DNA of 62,927 nucleotides, the filler included, from Stramenopiles sp. TOSAG23-3 (Eukaryota): the NCBI GenBank assembly GCA_900128585.1. It is 11 parts of 11 records of this genome, joined end to end, with 100 filler letters (N's around TTAATTAATTAA, not from the genome) between each part and the next. Parts side by side here need not be neighbours in the genome. Positions count along the whole stretch, not along the records: positions 11,492 to 17,132 come from LT643466.1; positions 17,233 to 22,868 come from LT643467.1; positions 22,969 to 28,601 come from LT643468.1; 8 more parts are not named here. One strand, given 5' to 3'. The notes beneath the pieces are model-generated. The model searched no databases and had not been told where the DNA came from. It was given only the letters and a program-made list of their open reading frames with translations. Made by a program: the position numbers and the translations under genes. Positions 11,492 through 22,970 of the stretch are shown here, piece after piece. The stretch's first letter is position 1; the number at the start of each line of letters is the position of its first letter.

Positions 11492-11830
11492 GTAGTATTT
11501 TTAGCTTATTTATATATAGAGAGAAAAGAGAAAGAAAAAAAAGAAGAAGAGAAGGAGACGAGAGGAGGAGAGAGAAGAAGAAGAAGAAGAAAAAAAAAGA
11601 CAGACGACAGAAGGAATGAAGAAGATGTTTTAAGATTCAATTCTTTTGCATTTTTGTAGCTTAATGAAACGAAAAGAAGCTAAAAGGAAAAACGGATAGA
11701 GTTATGATGCTGTTTTATGCACTTAAGGAACCAATTGATATTTTTTGTTCAACTTTTAGTGTGAACGGGTCGAACTGGTGAACGGGTCTTCCGTTGTCTT
11801 GTAGTCGTCGCCAACTGATCCGTTGTCTGG

Positions 11831-14800
11831 ATGGAGAGCCCCCGTTTCCCGGACCATTTGCCGGAAACCAATAATCCGAACGTTGTCGTCGTCGTTGGGG
11901 AACAGGAAGAGGAAGATGAGCACCTGATGGAGAAATTGCGAACGGAAACTCGGATTAAGCAATTGCTAGACAATTGTCTGTTGCCAAACGTTGCGACAGA
12001 AACGTTTTGCCGTAACATGCACTTATTCTCGGACTATATAGAAGAGCTGGAACAAGAGTATCAAGAGCAGTCGGGCCAAAAGCACGGCGCCTTCGACGAG
12101 GACTTACGGCAGCACGGGTACAAAGTAGGTTGGGCCCTTGAAGTAGTCACGGAGCACAGTGAATTCCTTGACGTCATTCTTGTCAAGTTTATGAGCACAA
12201 GACGTCCTAATGCAGAGCACCGGAGCATTCAAACCGCTATTTGCCGTGCGTTAGTAGCCAACATGCTAGGCCTGAATTCACAGGTCGTAGCTATGTGCGC
12301 CAACGACATGAGCCTGGTCGACCTTCTGGCCAAACTAGTCATTAATGAAGAACCTCCTCTCCGCTGTTATGCGACTGGGTTGTTGGCGGGAGGTATGTTA
12401 GACAGGGGTGTACAAGATCATATAGTAAAAACGTTTTTGATGGACAGCCTCTTTGGCCGTTTGATGCGCAGTAATTTGCCAGTCACGGGGCGCTTATGTT
12501 ATGCTTTTCCAGAGGAGCCTGTTGACAGCGAAGAAGGTAAAACACGCGGTGTTGCGGTAAAAAATGGAGGTGGGATTTCTGCGGGTAATGAGCCGAAGAA
12601 AGGCAGTGCGTCAAAAGTGCCGAATAAGGAGGCTGAATCCAGTGAAGGCAATAAGAACGACGACGGGGTCGATGACGGGATGCCGGCTGCTTTCAATTTT
12701 GGAGAAGGCACTGTACCAATTCAGGCAACGATACTTCTTCAAAAAGAGTGTAGCTACGCCATCCAATGTATTGCTTGCTTGGGGGAATACCAAGAGACAT
12801 TGAAGCCAATACTAGAGTCTGACGTTCTTTCCGTCATTCTCCCCTTGTTACGCTCCGTGCATAAATCGCTTCGCTTAGATATTGTAGATTTGCTCTGGCA
12901 CTTATTGGCGCACAAACGCTTTTCTTCTATATTCGTTGACCGTGGTGGCGTCCAGCTGCTCCTGGATATTGTTACGCAGCATGAATTAGAACACCCGCTG
13001 CACCACTGTATACTGTTGTGCTTTACCGGCCTTTCGTCTCTATCAAGTGTCATGGAGCGAGTTTGTAAATTTGAGGATGATACGCCATTGAAAATGATGA
13101 AGCATGCCCTAAGAGTACTGGAAGCCCCAAGAGAACACCATCGCAGAAATGCCGCGCTGTTCTTTAGCGTCAGCCTGGCGTTTCCTGCGTTTCTTCGCCA
13201 CTTCGATTCATGCCACGGGTTTAAAATTTTGCTAAGGCGTCTGGACTCACCACTGGCGGGCATACTGACTCATAAGCAACGTCGACGGAATATGGCGTCT
13301 GGCAACAATGGCAGTGCGACCGCTGCATCTCAAGCTGGGGGTACCAATTCCTCTTCCGCCCCGGGGACGAGCGGAAACGCCGTGGCCAGCAGTGCGTCTC
13401 CAGGACACGTTCCGGAAGTGACCAGCGCGTTGACAACCGGGCTTCGAACACGAATTGGTACATCCGCGTCTACTCCCTCTGGTGGTGTGGCTGAGGATAC
13501 GCCGCCTACAGAGCCTCGGGTGACAACAACCGCTGCTCCCCGCACGGTTTACCGAGGGAAAAATTCATGTGAGCGGCGAATCGCACATTCCCTGACCATG
13601 GCTCTTCGGCAATTTTTTCGAGCCCATTTGGCCTTGATCGCAAATGTGGTCCGTCGGCGAATGCGGTTTAAACGAAGTCAAGCACGAAATTCCAGCACTG
13701 CACGAAATATTTCTAGAGGTGGACGCCCGCGACTGGATTCATGGAGCTCTGGGCCATCGCAGCAAGTTGTACCGTACCGAGCGGTAGAAATTGATGACAA
13801 AGCTGCCAAACGAAACCTGGCCATGATTGAGCGGCACTGGCAAACAGCTATGCCCATCTTAATCGGATCGAAATGGACCCCAACGGATGGTTTCATCAAA
13901 TTTGGGGGTGCCCGTCCGCTGCTGCAAATAATTGCCGTTTCTAATCGCTCCGACATGAAAAATCCATTTCTTGTAGATGCCTCTGCGTTTGCGCTAGATG
14001 CACTGAAGATTGCGACCTTGGTGCCGTCAATATGTGAAGATATATGCTCAAAGCCTTTGGATGGGAACTCAATAGGCGTGTCGGTGCTTTTGAATGCCGC
14101 CGCAGGGTCTCTGCATGATTCTCCAAAAATAACAAAAGCTGCGCTGGAAGTGTTGTACCATTGCGTTGAAATTCGACACTCTTCCGATTGTATCCTTCAC
14201 CCATTTCCAAATTTGTCCAATAATCGAAGTAGCCGGTCCCGAAAAGGCCCGAGGAACGCCCAGAGGCAATGCAATTGCCGGCATTCCGATGATTCGGTCC
14301 AGAAACGGATGAGAAAATTGCTGCGCTCAAAAGATGCGATCAAGGTCTGCTTCCAGTTGCTGCGGTATAGGCGGGTAGCTGCCCAAAGCGACAATATAAA
14401 ACACAAAGTATCCCGGGTCCTATTGGGCCTTGCAAGAGACAGGCAGGTTGCCCAAATAATCGGAAAGATGAACATTGGAAAGCTGATTTCGGAAATCCGT
14501 GCGAAAGGCCCAGTTCTTGAAGCATATATGCTCCATTTTAAACGTTTCTGTGTATACAGCAACGCCATCATAAACCTGACTGGGGGACGGTCTCGCGTAG
14601 CGGCAGATGCGACTGAATCGGCGGTTCAAAAAATGGAGCGTGCCAAAGTTATAAATAGATCGACCATTAGGTTTTCTAAAGACGAATTGCTCGGTGTTAT
14701 TCGGCAGCACTTAACCGCCAACGGGCTGTTTGAGAGTGCCCGTGTGCTTGCGGAGGAAGCGAAGCTAGGGAACGATGACAGTAGTCAAAAGAAACTAAAA

Positions 14801-16852
14801 TCAAAAACATTTGCTTGGCCTAAAACCAAGCATGGCCAGATTACTGCTGCAAAATCGGCTATAGAGAAAGGGCGGGGGGGCACTGTCACCCCTGACAAGA
14901 CGGTTGTTCAACATACCTGTAATGCCCCGGTGTCAGGGGGGGGGGTACTAAATTCTAAGCCAAGCTTGGAAGGTTCAAAATTCCGAAAGCGTCCTAGATC
15001 TGAAAGTATGCCAAACTTGTTGGAGGCAAAATTGTCCTCTCCGACCCGTCATCTGAGGCCTTTGAAGATGCAGAAAACGAAAGCAGCGTCTATGCTTCCC
15101 ACTTCAACAGTCATGTTTGCCTCACGATTTCTTGTAGCATCTCCTAAACCAATAAAGCGATCTAGCTCCGCTGCTGGCACAGCTGAAATGCTCTTGAACA
15201 AAAATAATGAGACACTCCCCAGTGGCATACAGACAGAAGACCGTATTAAATTTAAAATCGGGAAACGAACGAAGCCATTGTCCTCGAGGGCAAACCCTCG
15301 AAATATTTTTTTGCCTAATGCCGGCGAAGCAGATAAGAAGCGGGAATCTGGACCTAGTAGTCCTTCGTCGAGACCAGGGGCTGACCCCTTAACACATATT
15401 GTAAAGGAATACTTGCGAGGGAAAATCAGTATGTGGTCTAAACCGATTGAAGTCTTGCCAACGCTCTCTTTGGTAGAGCCCCAGGCGTGCCCAGAAGGTC
15501 GTCCTTGTGCGCCCTGGGATGCTCCTCAAAATGTGGCTCACCAAGTTATGTCAAGACAGCTTGTTGGTGGCACTGGTGGCCGAGGGGGCAGAACAAAGAG
15601 CCATGAAATTGTATACAGTAATTTTCGGAAAATTCGAGTGTTTCGTGATGATGAGGCAGTTCTGACATGTTCGACTTTTTTAAACCATGTTCAGGGAGAG
15701 CCAAGCTGCCATTTTGCTGCGTGCGGAAACGACAACGGGCAGGTGCGAATTTACAACATGTGGAACACTGAGATTGTAACTACCTTCTCGGCGCACGAGG
15801 CCGCCTTGGCTTCTGTGGCTACGTCCCCCGCAGAAGGGCAGAAAAATCGTTTGCTTTTGACCTCGTCCACCGTCTTTCAAGCGAAGCTTTTTGACCTGAC
15901 GAAGACTTCATCGGTAGGCGGGTCGTACACTACATTTTCCGCTTGCTACTCACCTTCGTTTTCTCACAGCGGGGACAGGATAATCGGATCCAAAGTAATA
16001 GAGTCCGATGATCGAAACGGTTCAAACCAGTCTTCCTCGGTCAGGGAGACCGGCCCCCGCCATCAAATATCTATATACGACGTAGAAACTGGCGTCGAGA
16101 TGATCTCTTTGGACGACACTTCAAACGGTTACACGTATCCCATTTCATCCGCAAAATTCGATGTGACTGATAATGTCATCGTTTGCGACGGGAAACTTTG
16201 GGATGTTCGAACCAAACGGCTTCTCTACCGCTTTGACAAATTGGGGAACATGGGGCACGCCTCGTTCCACCCCTCTGGAAACCAATTGTTGATTGACTCT
16301 GCTGTGTGGGATTTGCGAACTAGAAAGCTTGTTCAAGTGGTCCCGGCACTGGACCGATGCGAAGTTGAATTCTCTTCACTCGGCGATGCATTGTTTGCAT
16401 ACCCAAGACCTGCGACAGGATCAATGCTTAGAGAAGCTCAAAAAGAAGTCAGAATACTGCACGGGGGGACTTATGGAGACTTGGGAAAGCCTTTGCCCCT
16501 AGAGCGATTTGCCACGGACCTCTGCGTTGACAATACGGATGGCTACATGTTAGTGACAGACCACGGTTTTACCCCAAACGACTGCCGGGTCAATCTTTTT
16601 GAGATTGGTCGAAGGAAACCCAATGAAGCAGACTCTGATATGGATGACGCCCAAGATGACAGCGAATCCGAAGAACATGAGGACGACGATGACCGCCATG
16701 GAATGAGTAGTCCATTTCAGCGACAAAGTGCAATGTCGACGTATATAAATGATGTGATGGAACTTGAGTCTTTCGTAACAGATCCTGGTATGGATGGGGA
16801 TGACGACGACATATTTTTCTCTGATGACGAATGGGAGCAGTCGTGGCTTTAA
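11831..16852 (+). CDS. DCAF1: DDB1- and CUL4-associated factor 1 (VprBP) homolog
   Basis: ARM-like N-terminus (PLRCYATGLLAG, LLAHKRF, RRNAALFF), LisH (ELLGVIRQHLTANGLFESARVLAEEA), WD40 (LWDVR..YRFDKL, FHPSG..VWDLRT), FEIGR and an acidic tail. Confidence 0.92.
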   Translation: MESPRFPDHLPETNNPNVVVVVGEQEEEDEHLMEKLRTETRIKQLLDNCLLPNVATETFCRNMHLFSDYIEELEQEYQEQSGQKHGAFDEDLRQHGYKVGWALEVVTEHSEFLDVILVKFMSTRRPNAEHRSIQTAICRALVANMLGLNSQVVAMCANDMSLVDLLAKLVINEEPPLRCYATGLLAGGMLDRGVQDHIVKTFLMDSLFGRLMRSNLPVTGRLCYAFPEEPVDSEEGKTRGVAVKNGGGISAGNEPKKGSASKVPNKEAESSEGNKNDDGVDDGMPAAFNFGEGTVPIQATILLQKECSYAIQCIACLGEYQETLKPILESDVLSVILPLLRSVHKSLRLDIVDLLWHLLAHKRFSSIFVDRGGVQLLLDIVTQHELEHPLHHCILLCFTGLSSLSSVMERVCKFEDDTPLKMMKHALRVLEAPREHHRRNAALFFSVSLAFPAFLRHFDSCHGFKILLRRLDSPLAGILTHKQRRRNMASGNNGSATAASQAGGTNSSSAPGTSGNAVASSASPGHVPEVTSALTTGLRTRIGTSASTPSGGVAEDTPPTEPRVTTTAAPRTVYRGKNSCERRIAHSLTMALRQFFRAHLALIANVVRRRMRFKRSQARNSSTARNISRGGRPRLDSWSSGPSQQVVPYRAVEIDDKAAKRNLAMIERHWQTAMPILIGSKWTPTDGFIKFGGARPLLQIIAVSNRSDMKNPFLVDASAFALDALKIATLVPSICEDICSKPLDGNSIGVSVLLNAAAGSLHDSPKITKAALEVLYHCVEIRHSSDCILHPFPNLSNNRSSRSRKGPRNAQRQCNCRHSDDSVQKRMRKLLRSKDAIKVCFQLLRYRRVAAQSDNIKHKVSRVLLGLARDRQVAQIIGKMNIGKLISEIRAKGPVLEAYMLHFKRFCVYSNAIINLTGGRSRVAADATESAVQKMERAKVINRSTIRFSKDELLGVIRQHLTANGLFESARVLAEEAKLGNDDSSQKKLKSKTFAWPKTKHGQITAAKSAIEKGRGGTVTPDKTVVQHTCNAPVSGGGVLNSKPSLEGSKFRKRPRSESMPNLLEAKLSSPTRHLRPLKMQKTKAASMLPTSTVMFASRFLVASPKPIKRSSSAAGTAEMLLNKNNETLPSGIQTEDRIKFKIGKRTKPLSSRANPRNIFLPNAGEADKKRESGPSSPSSRPGADPLTHIVKEYLRGKISMWSKPIEVLPTLSLVEPQACPEGRPCAPWDAPQNVAHQVMSRQLVGGTGGRGGRTKSHEIVYSNFRKIRVFRDDEAVLTCSTFLNHVQGEPSCHFAACGNDNGQVRIYNMWNTEIVTTFSAHEAALASVATSPAEGQKNRLLLTSSTVFQAKLFDLTKTSSVGGSYTTFSACYSPSFSHSGDRIIGSKVIESDDRNGSNQSSSVRETGPRHQISIYDVETGVEMISLDDTSNGYTYPISSAKFDVTDNVIVCDGKLWDVRTKRLLYRFDKLGNMGHASFHPSGNQLLIDSAVWDLRTRKLVQVVPALDRCEVEFSSLGDALFAYPRPATGSMLREAQKEVRILHGGTYGDLGKPLPLERFATDLCVDNTDGYMLVTDHGFTPNDCRVNLFEIGRRKPNEADSDMDDAQDDSESEEHEDDDDRHGMSSPFQRQSAMSTYINDVMELESFVTDPGMDGDDDDIFFSDDEWEQSWL

Positions 16853-17055
16853 CGTATAATTTTAGAAACTTAACAAGAAATATTGTTGTGGTGATGTGGA
16901 GATTATTTCTTCCCTCTTCTTTTTCATTTACTTTTTTTTCAAGGACACAGCATTGAACATGGCAATAACCACCAATTATTTTTCTCGTGGTTTACGCCTA
17001 TTAGGCAGGTGTGAACGGGCAAAGCATTATACACCTGTGATTCTGCTCGGAGTTG

Positions 17056-17056
<1 letters not shown>

Positions 17057-17131
<75 letters not shown>

Positions 17132-17132
17132 T
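17057..17132. repeat. (CTTT)n microsatellite at contig end
   Basis: Directly visible in the sequence. Confidence 0.95.
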
Positions 17133-17232
17133 NNNNNNNNNNNNNNNNNNNNNNNNNNNNNNNNNNNNNNNNNNNNTTAATTAATTAANNNNNNNNNNNN
17201 NNNNNNNNNNNNNNNNNNNNNNNNNNNNNNNN
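17133..17232. other. Artificial contig linker
   Basis: N44-TTAATTAATTAA-N44. Confidence 0.98.
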
Positions 17233-17286
17233 CCTTCGTTTCTTTCGATAAACACGAAAAAAGACCCGCACCGACGCACCATAATA

Positions 17287-17751
17287 ATGGCACGTAGAAT
17301 TTTGAGACTCGGGAAGAAGGCGTTGGAGCCCTCGGTGTACGGAAAGCACCAGCAACTGCAGCGGGATACACGCACGAACGTCACAAAACTTAGAGCGAGA
17401 GAAACGTTAGATCGCTATGGAATGGAAGCGTTGACGCCGCAAAAGGTGAACGGTAAGTGGCGTAAACCGAGGGTATCAAGAAGGAAGGCAGCGGTGATGC
17501 GGAAGTTGGCCATACGAAATAGTGCGTACGGTGAAGATAGTATTGGATGGAAGCCTTCTTGGGACACCCGTCGTACCGCTCGCGTTGCAATGCCACCGAA
17601 GGGCAGCATCGACAAACGCATACAGGCCGATCGTGTCAAGTCGATCGATGTAAATATGGAAGACATGTCGAAAAAAATTGCTAAGCACAGAAAGGCCGAG
17701 AAAGAACGGAAGCCACAGTCGTTTTTGGACAAGCTTTTGTCGCAAGCCTAA
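17287..17751 (+). CDS. Mitochondrial large-subunit ribosomal protein mL59 (yeast MrpL25)-like
   Basis: Small basic protein with NGKWRKPRVSRRKAAVMRK and PPKG..R...I...M..M...I motifs. Confidence 0.6.
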   Translation: MARRILRLGKKALEPSVYGKHQQLQRDTRTNVTKLRARETLDRYGMEALTPQKVNGKWRKPRVSRRKAAVMRKLAIRNSAYGEDSIGWKPSWDTRRTARVAMPPKGSIDKRIQADRVKSIDVNMEDMSKKIAKHRKAEKERKPQSFLDKLLSQA

Positions 17752-18018
17752 AATGTCCGCCAGGGCACCCCCGGACGTTTCTTTTTCTGACAGCGGCGCC
17801 TACGCCTAAGATAACGCTTTGTAAAAAATAATAAAAGTAAGGCGTACTTTGTAAGAAATATAGTTCTTAAACATTAAAAATACAGAGTGCGCTGTTAAAG
17901 CCATTAAATTACATCCGTTCTTTACCTGTACGATATCGTACCTCGTGAACGTGCGTGCGACGAGGGCGCGCAAACGCCTCCTGTATCTTGTACTTTGTGC
18001 AGACCCTTTTATTTTCGG

Positions 18019-20577
18019 TCACTCTCTGTTCATCAATCGGCGCCCCTTCAGGTACTTCTTGTCCCTTAAGATGGTGTGAAATGCCACCCACGTTGGAATG
18101 AGTTTGTTGCTTATCATATCGAACACAACGAACAGGAGACCAAGGGTCCAAATCCCACCGAGCGTGTCTTTGGCCATGTCAACAAATTCGACGCCCTTGA
18201 GGCTCTTTTCAGACAGCGTGCAGTTCACCACGGAAGTAACCAAATACGGGACCACTGCGGACGCGGCCAGCACGAACGGTCGGGCGGCCCCCAGGTACCT
18301 CCCGAGCTCCCATGCCTGATGCAGCTTGTCCCTTCGGTTCCACAGGAGATACATCAGCATGCCCGTCGCGAGCACACCGTATGGCCCGTGCTGGTACGTC
18401 TCTTTGATGCGAAATGCCCAGAAAGGCAGGTACATCGCAGAGGCAAAGACGGTCAGTATGGCAACGTTCAGGCAGACGACAGCGACCCACACGATTAATC
18501 CAAGGACGCCGACGCGAAGGGCACACCAGGAGGGCGTTTTTCTTTGAAGAATTTTTCGGGGCCCATGGAAATCGGCGTCGGTGTATAGCGCTCCGTTAAA
18601 CGTACCAAGAAAGCGAGGAGTTTCTTCCTTTGTTGGTGCCGGGAGTGGCATCAGGAAAGCTTCCAGCCCAAGAAATTTGAAAACCTTGGGCAAAACCTTG
18701 TCCAGTACATTTCGAAGCATTTGCTTGAAAGGGTCGATCGTGTAATACACAATCAGGTACGCGACGCAAATTTCAGACAAGAGCTGCCCGTTCACCCAGA
18801 CGTACGACGTCGGCGGCCGGAGCGGAAGTATTGCCTGGACGACTCCGAGCGGGATGGACTTTAGCAGCGTCACTGGGACAATCAAGTAGCATATGATGAG
18901 CAATATGTAGATGACGCTGGAGACGATGGACCGCCGCGCATGCGTCCCCCACGAATCTTCCAGCAGGGTCTCCAACAAATTTTGGTCGGGGTTCGGAATT
19001 CTTACCACCCCGTTCAATACTTCCGGGTGAAGCACGTCCTTCAGTTCCAAGATGATCACGGTGACAAAAAGCATAAATGCAATCCCCATGACCCAGTGCA
19101 ACGCTACCCCGTACGTCACTGGGTACATGCTCATCATGTCAAACTCACCGCTGAGAAGATCACCAAACACTTGAATATCGCTGGCGTGCCAGACTATTCC
19201 CAGGCACACCGGGTAGATGCCCATCTTAAATGCAAAGAGGACGGTGATCTTCAGGATGGCGGCAACTCCAAACATGAAGCCCAGGAGACCTCTCGCGACG
19301 TTGGCATTCAAATATTTGTACATCCTGCGTTCGAGCAAAAACGGGGTACCAATCAACATCGCCAGGAGGAAGCCGTGACCCACGAAAAATTGCAGCCCGC
19401 TGTTCGTAATCGGGCGGTCTTCAAAAATGGAGTTGAAATCGAAGCCGAAAATACCACGGAGCATAATGCGGCCAATCTTTTTGGGGAAGTGGACGGTCAT
19501 GAGGAGTATCGAGGACACAAACAACCAGAAAACGACCACGTTCCGCACCGCAGCCACCGGGTGTCCCTCTATTCCGACCAGCGCAAGAAAGGGCAATTGT
19601 ATTTCCACCGCCCCTGCCTCGTCCAAGTCATCATCAAAATTGTTGTTCCTATTGGCGTTCCCCCTTCCCATTCCGTCCACACGATCGACCGGCGCGGGCG
19701 CTCTCCCGTCCACCGGGTTTGCGGCCCCACCCCATTCGGCCGGGGCGGGGCCTTGGCCGTCCGCCGGGCCAAAGGGCTGCTGTTCATTCCCTAAGCCTTC
19801 CTCTCCTAGGTCGAGGCCCCTTTCCCGGGCGAAGTCGTCCGGAAACCTTGCTTCCAATCGCTCCCGTTGCTGCCTCGGCATATTCTCCCAGATGTCCCCA
19901 GGTGCGTCGTCGTCTATGTCGCCCGGGCCGCCGGGGTGGTCCCCGCCCCCAACTGCTGCTTCCCCCTGGCGGTCTCGTTCCAAGTCCTCCTGCATGGCCT
20001 GCTCAATTGCCGCGTGATCCTCTGCCCTCCATCGGTAAAAATCCGTGAACGCAACTATGGCAAGGGCAAAAATGGTTGCAGACACCATTACAAATATACC
20101 ATACTGCATGTCTTCCCCAAAAAACGACGGCGTCATGCGCGCCCAGACCTCGCTAAACGTAAGTTTGTCTTGCTCCAGCAACATAAAACCCCACGTTATC
20201 TTCAAAGGCAAGATGACAAGCCACAGCAGGGCCACGTAACAGTAACGCAGCAGGCTGGGAACGTACGAGACAACGAGCCTTACAAGGGCGCCGCAGATGT
20301 CGCTCATCGGCAGCTTGTCGGGCGTGTTCTCTTCATATACAGCAGAAAACTTAAACACGTGCCCGCAAACTTCACAGGCAGTGCTATTCTTTATTTGCAA
20401 CCATTTGACCAAGCACTCTTCGTGCACAAACTTTATGCTCCCCGCACACTTGCACGGGCACACAAGCGGCTGCGTTGGCAGCGCAACATCACGGCAAACG
20501 CGGCATTCCGGTCCCTCTTCCTCCTCTTCCTCCCCAGGGAGGTGACCCGTCGTGGGGCCAAGAAAGCTAGCTGCCAT
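18019..20577 (-). CDS. MARCHF6: RING-CH membrane E3 ubiquitin ligase, MARCH6/Doa10 family
   Basis: CRVC..PCKCAGSIKFVHEECLVKWL..CEVC, many TM segments, LHW..G, ELKDVLHP, and C-terminal RDKKYLKGRRLMN. Confidence 0.9.
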   Translation of the reverse strand: MAASFLGPTTGHLPGEEEEEEGPECRVCRDVALPTQPLVCPCKCAGSIKFVHEECLVKWLQIKNSTACEVCGHVFKFSAVYEENTPDKLPMSDICGALVRLVVSYVPSLLRYCYVALLWLVILPLKITWGFMLLEQDKLTFSEVWARMTPSFFGEDMQYGIFVMVSATIFALAIVAFTDFYRWRAEDHAAIEQAMQEDLERDRQGEAAVGGGDHPGGPGDIDDDAPGDIWENMPRQQRERLEARFPDDFARERGLDLGEEGLGNEQQPFGPADGQGPAPAEWGGAANPVDGRAPAPVDRVDGMGRGNANRNNNFDDDLDEAGAVEIQLPFLALVGIEGHPVAAVRNVVVFWLFVSSILLMTVHFPKKIGRIMLRGIFGFDFNSIFEDRPITNSGLQFFVGHGFLLAMLIGTPFLLERRMYKYLNANVARGLLGFMFGVAAILKITVLFAFKMGIYPVCLGIVWHASDIQVFGDLLSGEFDMMSMYPVTYGVALHWVMGIAFMLFVTVIILELKDVLHPEVLNGVVRIPNPDQNLLETLLEDSWGTHARRSIVSSVIYILLIICYLIVPVTLLKSIPLGVVQAILPLRPPTSYVWVNGQLLSEICVAYLIVYYTIDPFKQMLRNVLDKVLPKVFKFLGLEAFLMPLPAPTKEETPRFLGTFNGALYTDADFHGPRKILQRKTPSWCALRVGVLGLIVWVAVVCLNVAILTVFASAMYLPFWAFRIKETYQHGPYGVLATGMLMYLLWNRRDKLHQAWELGRYLGAARPFVLAASAVVPYLVTSVVNCTLSEKSLKGVEFVDMAKDTLGGIWTLGLLFVVFDMISNKLIPTWVAFHTILRDKKYLKGRRLMNRE

Positions 20578-21304
20578 AGAGGCGTTCAGAACAACAGAAC
20601 AGTGTTGAACCGTAAGAATACAAAAGAAAAATGAATCAAAGTAACAACGTACCTTAAACTATATAATGCACGCACACATTCACACAATAAAAATCAGAAG
20701 ATGAGCACCTTCCTTCCATAAATAAAAATGCATTCATTTTACAAATCATACACTGCAGTATCTGGTCCACAAACGATCTCGATCAATGTGTAAATAGAGA
20801 AGAAGAAGTGTGTAATAAAAAATAATAATAAATAAAAAAAAAAAAAAAAGAAAAGAAGAAGAAAAAGAAGAAGAAGAAGAAAGAAAAAAAAGAAAAGAAG
20901 CCGGTGCTGCGTGCTGCGTACTACTGCTGCCCTTTATTACAATTGAAATTAATATAATAATAATATTAACACAACACCACCGTTTAATGGTGCTATTTCA
21001 TGTTGTTTTTATTAATTAAAACTATAAGCTACCGGTACGGGTATAACAGCATGCGGGTTTATAAATAGAGAGGACGGAGAAAACGGAGGAGGAGAGAGCC
21101 TTGTTCCTTGTTCCTTGCATGCTGATTTAACTTGTGGCGGGTGGGGGTATCTTTTCGTGTGTGGTGTGTGGTGGAAGGAAAAGGAATGGACATGAACAAA
21201 TCTTTGTTTGTTTGCGTCTCTCTTTTTTTTTAGAGAGAGAGAGAGAAAGCATCGCTTCTTCTTTTTAGACTTAGAAGAGAGGAAATAAACAGCAAGTTTA
21301 CAAC

Positions 21305-22561
21305 ATGTCCTTATCCTTTCAGAATGTTGCTACGGTCGCAGCAGTTGCGGTGGTCGCCGTCGCGTCCCTCCTGTCCCGGTCCTCGAAACTAAAGAAGGGG
21401 GGCATGCCGTTCTCGTCGTACAGAACAGTTGCAAAGTCGTTGATACTGCTTAGTCCGTTTGACGAGGGTTTGCCGAGCGAAAAACTTGGGGTCCACTTTG
21501 ACGTAAAGGAAGAACCGTTGGAAATTGGGGAGGGTGGACGAACCCTCCAGTCCGGGGAAGTGCTGGTGAAGCTGCTGTGCCTGAGCGCCGACCCGTACCA
21601 AAGAGGCCGGGTAAAGTCCGTAAACCCCCTTGGCAGCGACGGCCAAGGCGAGGAAAAGGAGGCAAAGGTGATGCGGGGTTTTGTCTGCGGCAAGATTTTG
21701 GCCTCGAACCACTCGGAGTGGCAAGTGGGCGACCTGCTGGGCGGATCCCTAGGATATACGTCCGTCCAGGTCATCAACGTGGAAAAGGAGTTTGTGTGGA
21801 AGTTGACCGGTTACGTCGACGAGACCACGATATCGTACGGCATCGGGGCCCTGGGCATGCCTGGGGCAACGGCGTACGGCGGTCTAATCGATGTGCTTAG
21901 GCCAAAGACGGGGGAAACGTTGTGGGTGTCGGCGGCGTCTGGGGCAGTCGGCTCCCTGGTAGGCCAGATCGGGAAGAATGTGTACGGGCTGAAGGTGATC
22001 GGGTCGGTCGGGGGGCAGGCCAAGGTGAAAAAAATTTTGGAATCCTACGGGTACGATGCTGCCATCGATAGAAAAACGCTGCCGCCAAAAGAGTCCAACG
22101 GGTCCTGGGTAGCCCGCAAAGAGGAGCTCAAGCGACGGATCAAGGAGGCGGCGCCAGAGGGGATTGACATGTACTTTGAAAACGTCGGAGAGGACCATTT
22201 CGAGGCCGCCTTCGAGAGCTTGAAGGCGCACGGGCGGATCGCCGTCTGCGGCCAAATCGCTGCATACAACGACAAGGTTCCCTCGACGGTCAACGTGTAC
22301 CCCGGCAAGATGATCTACAGTTTCCAGCGTATTGAGGGATTTATCTGCGTGCCCTGGCTGACCAGAAAGAAGGGGAACTTCTTTCAAGATATGAGCCAAT
22401 GGATAAAGGACGGCAAAGTCGAGGTGAAGGAAACCAAATTTTCCAACGTGTCCTCCTGGCCCCTTGCGTTTCGAAGCCTCTTTGTCAACACTGACACGAA
22501 AGACGGCAAAGTCGTCGTACTCTTAGGCCAAGACGATTGGGGAAAGGAAGTTACCGAGTAG
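21305..22561 (+). CDS. NADP-dependent alkenal/prostaglandin reductase (MDR family) with N-terminal hydrophobic anchor
   Basis: LSADPYQR, GALGMPGATAYGGL, VSAASGAVGSLVGQ, GIDMYFENVG, GRIAVCGQIAAYN, GKVVV. Confidence 0.92.
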   Translation: MSLSFQNVATVAAVAVVAVASLLSRSSKLKKGGMPFSSYRTVAKSLILLSPFDEGLPSEKLGVHFDVKEEPLEIGEGGRTLQSGEVLVKLLCLSADPYQRGRVKSVNPLGSDGQGEEKEAKVMRGFVCGKILASNHSEWQVGDLLGGSLGYTSVQVINVEKEFVWKLTGYVDETTISYGIGALGMPGATAYGGLIDVLRPKTGETLWVSAASGAVGSLVGQIGKNVYGLKVIGSVGGQAKVKKILESYGYDAAIDRKTLPPKESNGSWVARKEELKRRIKEAAPEGIDMYFENVGEDHFEAAFESLKAHGRIAVCGQIAAYNDKVPSTVNVYPGKMIYSFQRIEGFICVPWLTRKKGNFFQDMSQWIKDGKVEVKETKFSNVSSWPLAFRSLFVNTDTKDGKVVVLLGQDDWGKEVTE

Positions 22562-22723
22562 AGAGGAGAAAAAGAGCTCGTAAAAAACAAAATACACGTT
22601 GCATTATTTTCAGATATTCTTTTTTTCACACTAAGATTCTTAAAACACAACTCGTCTACTATCTAACGATAATGTATCATTTTATTTATTCTAAAATGTT
22701 AATATTAGAACGACTATTATACA

Positions 22724-22868
22724 ACTTCTTCTTCTTCTTTCTTCTTCTTCTTCTTCTTTCTTCTTTCTTCTTTCTTCTTTCTTCTTTCTTCTTTCTTCTT
22801 TCTTCTTCTTCTTCTTTCTTCTTCTTCTTTCTTCTTTCTTCTTTCTTCTTTCTTCTTCTTTCTTCTTC
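22724..22868. repeat. CTT/CTTT low-complexity repeat at contig end
   Basis: Directly visible in the sequence. Confidence 0.9.
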
Positions 22869-22968
22869 NNNNNNNNNNNNNNNNNNNNNNNNNNNNNNNN
22901 NNNNNNNNNNNNTTAATTAATTAANNNNNNNNNNNNNNNNNNNNNNNNNNNNNNNNNNNNNNNNNNNN
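22869..22968. other. Artificial contig linker
   Basis: N44-TTAATTAATTAA-N44. Confidence 0.98.
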
Positions 22969-22970
22969 TC

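Noticed and set aside
17751-17787. Hairpin plus T-run after the mL59-like stop resembling a rho-independent terminator
   Set aside because: Eukaryotic nuclear gene; a 9-bp stem with a G-U pair is expected by chance.
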